NCBI GenBank assembly: GCA_964035545.1
Contig: OZ037765.1
Location: 32,735,504 to 32,799,503, forward strand
DNA length: 64,000 nucleotides
Source of the DNA: Bugula neritina
Taxonomy: Eukaryota > Animalia > Bryozoa
Direction of reading: 5' to 3'
Within the stretch, counting starts at the first letter, position 1. Each line of letters opens with the position of its first letter. A model generated the notes under the pieces. The model saw only the letters and a program-made list of their open reading frames with translations. It did no database searches and was not told the DNA's origin. Positions 1 to 11,651 of the stretch are shown in pieces. Both the position numbers and the translations under genes were made by a program.

Positions 1-479
1 ACACTTAAAACATACTAAGCTACCAAATATAAACAAAAGACACTATTTTATGATTTGATATTTTGATTGGTTATGTTGCTGAGTTTATGTTATTAATTTC
101 CTAATCTAAGAATAATTACAAATAGGTTTGATTCAATCAATAACATAATATTTTATTGAAGCTCTCAGCTTTTATAACAGAACAATGCTTTTTGGTTCAG
201 TGTACAAATTTGCAGTTTATTATAGCTACTATTAGCCCTTATAAGAACATTTAAAGCCTTTGCGACAATGTATTGCTTTAGCAACTTTTCAAACTGCTCC
301 ATATTTGAATATTTATTGCACAGTTATTGCATGAGACATAAGCAATTTACAGATGGGGTTAGGTTGGCTTATAGTTGCTATTCACTCGCGTGAGCTCGAT
401 TAATGTCTTTATATATAATGATTGTTTACTTTGTTTGCATCAAGCTATGCTGACAACATATTACAGTTTAAGGCAAGAA

Positions 480-525
480 AAGTGGGGCAAGGAGCAATTT
501 TGATTGGTTGCCCTCCTTATCATTT
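480..525 (-). mobile_element. Fragment of tRNA-derived SINE family
   Basis: ggggcaaggagcaattttgattggttgccctccttatcat matches the body of the SINE copy at 22715-22755. Confidence 0.45.
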
Positions 526-3500
526 ATAAGAACCTTGTAGGGTTCCAAGCACCTGCCTAACATGACATGTGTCACACTGATACTTATAAGGTTAGGTTAG
601 ATATAGCAACATGTAGTTGAAGTACCAAACCTTACAGGTCAACTTTATATTGCTTGCTGTTGTTTGACACAAAATATCAAAGTACTCAATATTAAGATTA
701 GTACTATTGAGAGTAGAATTAGTAGACCAGTATTAGTCTGAAAGATCACATTGTGAAATAATGTTTACAAACAGCCAAATTTTCATTTGTCAATAAAATT
801 GAAGAAAATTATATTAAAAAATATATTGGTTTTAAAAAAGTTGGATAAACCATACAGATGTAATAACATCAAACATTTTTTAGTAAGAAATACGTATTCA
901 ATATGAGGTTTCTAACACGTTTTAATTACTTTTGTTTAGGAAGTAGATGTGCACCCATGAATAAAATCTTTATTCCAATAAGTAAACTTTTGAAGGATTT
1001 TTTTTCTGGGCTAAGAAGTTTCAGACTTGCTAACTAGCGGTGTATTATGTACTCCTTCAATATATTTTCTATCAACAAACATTAAGATAAAACACATTAT
1101 GCAGAAATTACATAGCATTGCACCGTGCATTACTATATATAACATAAAATCAACTTCATCCTACGTGCATGTCTGGGTAGATTTATTGAAATTCCAGCTT
1201 TCTAGGTATATAAAAAACTTCAGGTATTGAATGACGCTTAAAAGGAAATCCTGCCCATAATTCCATCCTAAACGTGTCAAGGTCCATAATTCATTAGTTT
1301 TGGTTTATATAATATATATTATTTATTTATTTGATGTCTCAATAATGTAAAACAATTGCACCAGTTTTAGAAGCCACCAGGAAACAGTCAAATGAATTTG
1401 CATATTTATTTCATCATAACTTCAAGTCTTCAAGGAAATGATGCATAGATCAGATATAAATTAGCTTTTTATTTTAGTTTTGGCAAACAGAAAGCATCAG
1501 GTAATAAAATACCTCACTTGTTTGTCTGTAAATTCTTCTAATTAAATTCTAATTAGTATAAACAGTTTATGCTTTCTCTGTCAACCTCAATTTGATCCTT
1601 TTGGTAGTAAAATTGATTTGGTTTAGTAGATTAGTAGTAGACTATTGACTAAGCAAACAAATCAGTTATTTTATTGATTTAAAAAACAATAAAAATTAGG
1701 GCTACAACTTTAAAAGTTAATTTGGCAATTATTTTTAGCGAGTTTATAGGCACTTCAACTGGAAGGAAAGCGGCAGGCTTATAGGTTTATGATGAATGTT
1801 ACACGCAGCTCTTGCTATGATGACATAATTTATGCTGCATCTGCCTAATTAACATTATAAACTGTATTCGGAGTCAAAAAGTACTTATTGCACCTAATTT
1901 TATTCCAATGCATTCATCTGGTATAAAATATGTTATTTATTTAATCCTGTTGTTATAAAACAGAAAGCTGTCAACGTATCTAATTTCTCTTTGTTGACAG
2001 AATTTAAAATTTGTTTTTACAGATTGCAGACAAAAGATATAAAACACAGCTAATGCTAATTAAACTATTATTCTATAATAATTCATTGTACATTATGACT
2101 TTCTGGCTATTGTCTATAAACTATAATAATCATTGTGATTCTTTGTCACATAAGACTGAAAAGTGTGAGGGCCACAATTAAACATATGTATAGTACTTAT
2201 TAATTATGTAAAGTATTGAAATTCTATAGCTATTAAATTTAAATAAATTTAATAATAAATATACACTTGTCAATTGTCCTGCTATAGAAGCAAAAAGTGT
2301 GGTTAAAACGATATGTTCTAAGTACAATATTGCTGGTTTTACTTGTTTCAATGATATTTGTTTAGCATAAACTTCATTTCATTAAATAAATTAGTTTTTA
2401 ATAATTATAATGTGCAACATTAAATTATTCTTAAATAATAAACCCATGCAACAAAATTTGAAAAACATGCAACATACTGAATATAATAAGAAAACATCAA
2501 AACCATACATTAAACTGCCTGATCAAAACAAAAGCTCATGTTTAATAAAGTTTTTTTGAAAAAAATATTTTATTTTGAAGATTATATTTTAAAGTAACAA
2601 ATATCTTAATCTAGTAAAAGATGAACGAGGTGGTGTGCTAGTAAATTATACAAGTATATTAAAATAATATTAGAATATCACTATATTAGATATATTATTG
2701 CTGTGTCAGACGAGGTTTCATTCAACGTAGAAATTCTGTCTCAGCTCTACTCTTTAGACAAATGCTTTCGTCCAATTTCCAGTTCAAATTTTCTTGGCGT
2801 TCAATAAGTAATTTGTGATTCAATGCATTGTAGCATGAAACTTACATTATAAACTCTCATTACAGCATATAGCACAAAATTTATATATTATATGTTGAGC
2901 TAAATGCATCATATATTACAGTATGTGCATATATAGCATAAAAATTCAAAGACATATAGAATAAAAGTGAATTATTTTCACTAAAATAAGTCTTTGAGGG
3001 AATTGAATGTTCTGCCGCTTTGGTCGAATTACAATTTTAATGTTGTTTCTCTGTTGCATAGTAACTTGTACATAAGTGAAGGTAAAAAAAAGTACACAAC
3101 AGTATGCCAGCAGTATGCAAGCCAACTCGTATACTAAGTTATTTCCTTTTTAAACTGTTACATAATGTTCTAATAGCAAAGCTATCAGCTGAACTGAATC
3201 TAGCTGGGTAGAAGCTTCTTGATGGTTTGTAAAATTTGCTCTGTTAGCCTGAAATATACTCGTAGAGTCTTCATGAACTTTAAGTTGATATCAAATAAAA
3301 TAGAAAGTTTTATAGAAAGAATTTTGAAAACACTAGACAGATTTCTATTACTAATATTAATAAATAGCAGTCTTTATAGATTATTGTGAGCCAAACTGCC
3401 TTAAATAATTAATGCTTCAATTGCTGAGGTGATGCATAGTATCCATTAGCATAGATAATATTATATTTGCGGATGCATCTGAACTAACTATCTGCATGAA

Positions 3501-3526
3501 ATGAAGCAACCAACATTGTTTTGTAG

Positions 3527-6500
3527 AAACTGATGCTGTTTGTGAAACAGAAAACGCATTCGGGTATTTATCTAGCAAGTACGGAGGTCACCTTGACAGT
3601 TATTTTGAAAACCACTCTATTGAATACATACTAAACGACGTCCAAGGTCTAACCAGGCAGAAGAGAATGGTGAGAAATGTATTGGACGTGAGCCAACGAC
3701 CCACAATGCCACCAGCAACCACTCCGCCACCTCCACGTACAGCCGAGAGCTCATCTAATCAGCAGACAACCACACGACCTTCACCTGCAATTTATACTCA
3801 CCTCTACAGCATTTCCCACATCTTTGGCTATTCCAGTTCTGCCATCATCATTTCTACATTTCTAATAGTGAGTCATTATCTTTTTATAGATAAGCAACTA
3901 TACACATTAACTGCAGCTTTCTTGCACAATGGAAACCTAAAAATATCTCTTTGTTTTAGCAAAAGAAAGAATTGTGTATGCATACAGTTAAACTTTCATT
4001 TGGTAAACCACATGTATTAGAACTTTGCAAACAAGAAAATTAAATTTTTATTATCTCTATTACTGTAAAAGAATGTATATTGCAATAACATGCTAATTTC
4101 AATTAGAAATACTCCAGTGTTTACTGTACCAGAGCAAAGTGTAATGAGCAGCACTGAAAATAATGATGTTTGTTGCAGAATATTCTTCGTATTGCGACAC
4201 TGAAGAGAACATTCTTTCACTCAAAACTTCAGGTATGTTATTCAACTCAAGGTTTACAGTGATTGACTTGCACTCATTTCAGGACACTGTCATTGCATGC
4301 GCAGCATATTATGATGTATTAGCAATCCTATGTGAATAGTTTGCCATCTTATACGTCTTATACACTTTTGCATTTTCAATAATATAATAATATAATAATA
4401 GTATTATATTACAATACGCTATTATATATTACACTTCAAGTACTACATAACATGCACACAACACAAACACAACACAAACACAACACAAACACAACACACA
4501 CACACGCACACACGCACACACACACACACACATCTGTTTGTTCTACAGGTGTTGGATGCTCTAATCGTCTGCGTGTGCTTACCAGTAGACTTGACGCTGT
4601 TTCCTGTTGTGTGGAACTCGAGCTACACGTTAGCCAATGCCACGGCAGTTCCTATTCTCTTTGATGTTCTCAGCAGGTCTATCAGAGTCGTGATCAGTGA
4701 GTACTAAGTGTAAACTACTAAGTATAAATTACTAAGTGTAAACTACTAAGTGTAAACTACCAAGTGTAAACTACTAAGTGTAAACTACTAAGTGTAAACT
4801 ACTAAGTGTAAACTACCAAGTGTAAACTACTAAGTATAAATTACTAAGTGTAAACTACTAAGTGTAAACTACCAAGTGTAAACTACTAAGTATAAACTAC
4901 TAAGTGTAAACTACCAAGTGTAAACTACTAAGTATAAATTACTGAGTATAAATTACTAAGTGTAAACTACCAAGTGTAAACTACTAAGTATAAATTACTA
5001 AGTGTAAACTACTAAGTGTAAACTACCAAGTGTAAACTACTAAGTATAAACTACTAAGTGTAAACTACCAAGTGTAAACTACTAAGTATAAATTACTGAG
5101 TATAAATTACTAAGTGTAAACTACTAAGTGTAAACTACCAAGTGTAAACTACTAAGTGTAAACTACTAAGTGTAAACTATTAAGTGTAAACTACCAAGTG
5201 TAAACTACTAAGTATAAATTACTAAGTATAAATTACTAAGTGTAAACTACCAAGTGTAAACTACTAAGTGTAAACTACTAAGTGTAAACTACTAAGTGTA
5301 AACTACTAAGTGTAAACTACTACATGCAAGTGTAAAGGTTGCAGTAAGTACTGAGTATAAGGTAAAAGGGTGGCAGGTGCTCCTGAATTACATATTCAAC
5401 TTTTTAGCTAAGTACACGTCTAACAGTCAAGTGTTTCTATTGAAAAATAGTTTTAAATTTACGATACCAAAAATTTATGATCAAAGCTATAAAAATTTTT
5501 GCACCTAAAGTTTTTACTCAATTTGAGAGAAGCTGCCAAATAATTACTTAATAACAAATTCCAATTGTAAATTCTGTTAAACATATAATTTTCATGTTTA
5601 ACAGTAATAATTTTTTTGTTGAGACTGAAACCATAAAGTAACTATGAAATGAACTATATTTATCTGTAAGTGTCACGCGTTCGTCTTTTTACACATTTCA
5701 ATGAAATTCATTAGTATACAAGCTCACACCTTCAGAGGTGAGCTGTAATATACGTTACCTATTGTCTGCGGCCAATGCAATCACAGGTGACACACTCTCA
5801 TTTCATCTTAAGCCAATTACGCCCTCCAGAACTGACCAAAGCCATCACGCCATGTATGCTAATTTATATGCTAATACAGTGTTGGTGGCACGCAAGCACT
5901 TGTGTATGCAGTAATTACCTTGTTTGGTTGAGTAATGTCATAGCAGAAATGTAAATATTATTATATTGAGAAGATCTGATTAGGATAGAAATGAGTTATT
6001 AGTGTGACATGTTAAGTGTTTATGACATTCAGAAAAAACATAAAAAGTGTATGTTTAATGAATGTGTGTGTGTGTGTGTGTGTGTGCGTGTGTGCGTGCG
6101 TGTGTGCGTGTGTGTGTGTGTTTTTGTGTGTGTGTGTGTTTTTGTGCTGTAGGCGTGCTGTGTGTTTCCTATTGTATATAGTAAATATATTGTATCTTGA
6201 GTAGCATTTTATATATTATTATATAAGTATAAGTATAGTATAGTATATCATATTGCAAGTCACATCTACTACTCCTTTAAATATTCAGAATATCAAACAA
6301 GAGTAACCTGGTATTCTAACACTACTTATGTAATCTTCAAGTACTGGTCATTGTTCCCCTTAAGCAGCAGCATATCTCTCAAGATGTGTTGAACTACAAG
6401 AGTTGTTGATATATGAAATACAAATTTCAACTATTGATGGACATATTTTGCAGTTTTATGTTGCATATATACTAGTTTATCTACTCTATTTTTAGATAGT

Positions 6501-8313
6501 TTAATAAATGTAGATGCGCAAAACCAAATGGCTATTAAAGAAGAGGCACAAAAACACAAAATTTCGAAGAAAAAGCAGAGACATTTTAAAGTAAGCCTAG
6601 GTTTTATCAAATTTCTATTTCTGCAACTGCACCTTATGCAAAAAGCACTGATTGGCTGTTTCTGCTAATAATATCCAATGAAAATATTTCTTACAGAGAC
6701 ATGCAAGAAGACTTAGAGAGTTAGCTAAAAGGAAAGGAGCAAGTATCGAGCAAATAATTGCTTGTATCAAGATAGGTGAGCCTCTTACAGAGAATATATG
6801 TATATGCAAATATAGCCAAAGTAATTATTAGCACTTAGCACCTCAACAACTTAAAGAGCTACATGTTCATTAAACTCATTTTGATACAATACTTCCTAGA
6901 AAACTGTTAAATAGACGACAGGAAAACATGCGTTTCCTTGCTACTGAAAAAAAGTTCTATTAACGAGTTTGCCAAATAGAAACTGATGCAACATGTTGTC
7001 ATTAAAAAACAAATGTATTATGATACAACATGATGCAATCTTTTATATCCAGTTTTTTTTTATAAAACTTAATCATTGGTATGCTAAAATTATTTTCTAA
7101 GTGAAAAGAAGAGAAGACAAGCTAAAGAAAACCAACCTGACATCTGCGGTTATGTCGGTAAACAGACTGTTGTTCTTCGGAGCTCCAGAACTCTTTCCTC
7201 ACCCCAGCAAACACAAGCTGGATGAGAAATACCTCAGTGATGTAGAGAGAATATTTTCCCTTCCTGGACCTTTGCCAATTATAAGTGAGCAAAAACTTAA
7301 AGACAAGCTTAAGGCGACCAGAAAATCATAGTGAGTATTTATTTGAACATTTTTCGAAAAGTTTGAATTTTAATCTACAGCCTCTACTAATTAGTCCCCA
7401 GTAAAAATTGACATTAAATGAAAGCCATTGAGGCGATTATCTCAATATTATCTTGTTCAAATTTCAGCCAAAAAATTGTGACATTCAACATTTTTGAAAC
7501 TTGTGTTGCAAAGTTTGTATGGTTTTGAAAACGTGTGGTTTTAAATACTTCCCAAGAATTCATATTGCTCAGAAGCCAAGCTATGGGATTTGCATATAAT
7601 TAAAAGCAATGTAATTAATTACTCTTACAGAATTTCAACTAAATGGATAATTACATTTTTTCAATGTTTCAAAAAATTTATTTTAGCTTTTGCTGTATGA
7701 ATGCATCATGTAATAAGTTTAATCAAATGCTTTTGAGAATTTAAATATTTTGGCGAATAACCTGTTCTCTTTTATTCATGAAATTACAACTTCAGTATGT
7801 AACACACAACTCTACTATAGTCGATGACAACATAGAATATAGTATAAGGTTATGTAATACTATGCTGTATTTTTAAATTAGTTTGTATGCTCAGTCACTG
7901 GTGCCGTCAATGGATAGTTTTGAGAGTGACGACGACGGGCTAGATGACATTACTTTTGACGAGCCAATAGAATCCGATGTCTCAGAATCGGAAGACTCAG
8001 ACTCTGGCAGTCTGGACAAAAGTGACCATCTCTATAAGAGTCAAGAGGTAATTTGGCTTCTTTTACTTGAATTGTTCTATATGCAGCTCCGAGTTGGTGG
8101 TGAATGAGTGCAGTAGTTGGGGATTCTTGCGTTTGGGGTTTGGGGTTTAAATTAGAACTTGGAACCCCCAGCCCCAAACACAAGAATCCCAAACTATTAC
8201 ACTCAGTCACCTTCAACTCCGAGCTGCTTATAAATGATTCCCTCTAATTATGCTTCTTATATATTTACTGTGGTTCTATTTAGTAACTACAGTCTCTCCA
8301 CGGCCTATTATAA
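3527..8313 (+). CDS. Divergent Hv1/TMEM266-like voltage-sensor-domain membrane protein (5' end and S1 exon not located; last exon tentative)
   Basis: Phase-consistent GT-AG exons 3527-3867, 4179-4232, 4549-4696, 6496-6590, 6697-6775, 7102-7330, 7882-8047, tentatively 8293-8313 (stop). The spliced product HIFGYSSSAIIISTFLI|NILRIATLKRTFFHSKLQ|VLDALIVCVCLPVDL...VLSRSIRVVI|NSLINV...RHARRLRELAKRKG aligns by eye with Hv1 S2-S3 (FHYMSITIL...[29 protein letters not shown]), S4 and the C-terminal coiled coil. Acidic C-terminal tail. Confidence 0.7.
4455..4532. repeat. (CA)n-type microsatellite upstream of exon 4549
   Basis: acacaaacacaacac... followed by (ca)n with cg interruptions. Confidence 0.9.
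4701..5322. repeat. 14-bp minisatellite (AAGTGTAAACTACT), ~44 copies, starting at a splice donor
   Basis: Direct tandem array beginning just after the GTGAGT donor at 4697. Confidence 0.95.
6063..6146. repeat. (TG)n microsatellite
   Basis: tgtgtg...gcgtgtgtgcgtg... run. Confidence 0.9.
8083..8227. mobile_element. Small foldback/MITE-like inverted repeat (~65-bp imperfect arms)
   Basis: gcagctccgagttggtggtgaatgagtgcagtagttggggattcttgcgtttgggg is mirrored by ccccaaacacaagaatcccaaactattacactcagtcaccttcaactccgagctgc; TA-rich flanks. Confidence 0.7.
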
Positions 8314-10056
8314 CATATTGAAAAAGAAGCCATGCAAATTCAGTTTCATGTGAATAATTGAAGGATTAGAAGATGTTTAATAAAACATATTCTGTGCTTT
8401 AAATGTCTTGAGTGATCAGCTGATTTGTTGCAGCTTTCATAGCAGACCTCCTGAAACCATCTGAGTAGATAAAAATTTACCTGGTAAAACTCGGCGCTTG
8501 GTACTCAAACAAGTTAATACAGCATAAATCATGTTCCAGTTATAGACTGCAGCTGCATAATAAAGTTTTTTATAGATTAATTGATATTCAATTTAAGCGG
8601 TTTGAATTTAATTATATCCATAAAATTGATAAATTTTAGAGGTAAAACTTTGTGTTTCAATTTGTATGTAATTTATACAACAAAATTAAAGTAAATTATT
8701 GATACCAACATAGCTTATAAACTTTAGTCCTAAACAGATGGTTGAGACAAAAATTACCGGAATAGTAATTGATCAAAGATATGATTAATGTACTTTTGAT
8801 TGGCCTAGTCCCTGTAAAGAAAAACATTAGTTTATTGTGTAGATCTAATAAGATGAATTATTTAAAATATTTTTATTAGGGTGGAAAGATTCTTGCAAAA
8901 AAGTTTTCTTTTAATGAATATTATGAATTTAAACCACCCAAGAGTAGAATTTTCTTGTCAACTTAATTGTTCTGGTCAAGACATTAAAGAAAACCAATAA
9001 ATTGTAACAAAAAGTTGTTTTTGTCAACAAAACCTGGGTTCTCAAATCAGTATGCATGTGCCTCCATTCAAACCCAAACCCAAGCTGAAAAAATAAAAAA
9101 ATCTTAAGCTAAATCAGAAATCAACCAATTTGAAAAATTTTTGCTTGCATTAATGAGATTAAATTATTCAAATCTTTAAGGAAAACTCTGCAGTATAAGC
9201 GCTTAGTGTATTGGACAGATAATTAAAAGTTGGTTAAAAAGTACCCAAAGTAATTACCTGTACACACTCCATGCCTATTTGCACTTTTTACCTGCTAACA
9301 GAGTGTTTATATTATTTCAGAGTATTATAACATACATGTAGAGGTCATGTGATACATCTGCTTGAAGACAATCCAAACTACTAACCGGTATAATTATTCT
9401 CCAAACAGAAAAACACAAACATTCTCAGATGTGAATAACTCAACAGTTTACAGACGCTCTTCTATTCTATAAATAGATTTATGAGTATTTATGTTCCGTA
9501 CTGATTAAGTCCAATAACTTGTTGGTGCAATGAAACAGCAGGTTAATGCATTTCAGTCAGATAAAGCTTATTTGATGCAAGTTTTACACATTTTGGCTAT
9601 TTATAACGCCAACATATTATTAACCATATTTTATTATTTCTATTCAATTTGACTGGTGATTTTTAAAACTATGTTTCTATTTCTGACGAATTTATGATAA
9701 AAAATATATTATATATTTTTGATTATAAAAGATTGAACCAATAAATTTGCTAAAAATGTTTTGTTGAATTGTGACCGTCAAGTTATTTGCGATCAAAGTA
9801 ATTTGTCTGCTGCCTTTGACAAATATTTATTAATTAGTATTTTGCATAATAATAATTACTTTTATGGTAATATGTTAAAAAGGTCGTTTGTGTCCTCCCT
9901 TTAGACATGGTACAAAGTTGCAGATGTGAATCTTGCAGGGATTCAGCAATGCAAGTCTACTATTTGGAATCCTCAACTTTATAGCTAGTAAAAGGCTTGC
10001 TTTACTGAAAGAGTAAATTATAAGCGTCAATATAATTATCAATTAAATCATTTGGA

Positions 10057-10071
10057 TATATATATATATAG

Positions 10072-10109
<38 letters not shown>

Positions 10110-10112
10110 ATA
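10057..10112. repeat. (TA)n microsatellite
   Basis: Direct observation. Confidence 0.9.
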
Positions 10113-11053
10113 TTTTTCTTTTTTCTGTTGTCTAATGACTATACATAACTCCAGGAGTGCAACTACAGAAAGAAACAATAATGGAGGTTAACCACACAGC
10201 TGTGTTCTGTTAAATCAACTCTTTAAAATGTAATATTGAATGTATTTTTAGCTGATTTATACTTACAAAATTACAATGCTCTCTCCACAGTTCCATCTCT
10301 CAAGAAATTCTATACTTCCTGAGAAGGACTTGGAAACTTATTTTGTGGCTTATGTATGTGTGTATAGAGACAAAATGGCTGAACTTAACGGATCCGTGAG
10401 TTAAATTTAGTATTCTACTACGTCACAAATTGAGGTTTCGGTATCGCAGCCTAGTGAGATACAAAGAGAGCACTGTATATATATTAGAGTTTGCTGAATC
10501 ACTAAAGTTTAATTTGAACAATGACTTGGTTAAAGTCTTCACTGGTTACTTGAAACCAATGTGTATTTTTAAAAAGAGAACACCTAGGTCTTAAGGCTAC
10601 TATATTGCAGTATCCTATCACATGCAATCAGTAATCAATAAGCTTGCATTTTACCAAAACCTTGTTCCAAACTAGTCTCACAAATTTGAACCTCAAATAG
10701 GCTATTTCCAGTTCCTATAGAAAAAATAGCTTGAAAGCATAAAATCAGAAACATTGTAATTTGAGGGCTTATGCTGGGAACCCCAATTTATAAGGAAACT
10801 TGTCTATTTTGCAGTTTTTACTATATTGGAAACCAGGCAAAGACCTTAGCCTGCTTTCTTCTGTCACACCATAGCCTTAGTGTTGAAGTAGAAAAATGCT
10901 ATCCCTGACTAACATATCAACACCGTATGATATATATTATAACGCTGTGTTATTGCATTATTCATATCCTGCTGTTGTTTACATTAAATGTGCAAAGGCA
11001 GTAACATTATATGATGATTAAAGAGAAATTAATACAGCGAAAATCTTGGCAGC

Positions 11054-11059
11054 TTTATT
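11054..11059 (-). terminator. Candidate AATAAA polyadenylation signal of KRIT1
   Basis: TTTATT on plus strand about 600 bp downstream of the KRIT1 stop codon. Confidence 0.4.
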
Positions 11060-11651
11060 TATAAAAAGAAACTGCAATATGCACATACTTGTAAAACATT
11101 GGCACCAAGATTCAAATTTAGAAAAAAGACATATTCATGGACAGAAAAGGTAGAATTTAGAGCAAAATAAATAGCTATATAATATATAACAAACTATGTA
11201 CACCATAATATTACTCTACAGTTTGTATGACATTTGTTATATAAATACAATTGGAGAAAATTTGAATAATTAATGGAAATAATTTAAAAAGCTAGAAAGT
11301 ATTATAAAAACAGATGAAATCTTGCCTTTGTGTATACCAATGCAGTGCGTGCACAGCAAATACACTAAAGTTGTGTACATTACGAAAAGAATAAATTACT
11401 AATTGATTATAACATAGTTTCATGCAGTAACTTGACTGCAGAATATAAAAAATTGCATAGCATAACTTATAATTGGAAGATACTGACTGAGAGAATTTTA
11501 TAGCAAGCTAAATTAAATAGAGGGGTACCCTTATCAGGGCACCCAACTTGTAACCTGAATAATATCACAGGCTAAAGCGGAGTTACTGAGATTGTGAATA
11601 GACTAGGTTCCATAGTGTGAGAATGAAGACTGCAGGTAGAGACATACGCCC

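Noticed and set aside
1027-1230. 67-aa ORF and other short non-ATG ORFs in AT-rich introns and intergenic DNA
   Set aside because: No recognisable motifs or consistent splice context; expected by chance.
3120-3210. Possible S1 exon of the VSD gene (…VLIAKLSAELNLA)
   Set aside because: AEL resembles Hv1 S1, but the helix is too polar and the available donor gives the wrong phase for exon 3527; S1 left unassigned.
3667-4020. Standalone 117-aa ORF or GPCR-like stalk plus TM1
   Set aside because: It is an internal exon: the frame is open upstream to the acceptor at 3526, and the downstream exons match VSD S2-S4 rather than a 7TM receptor.
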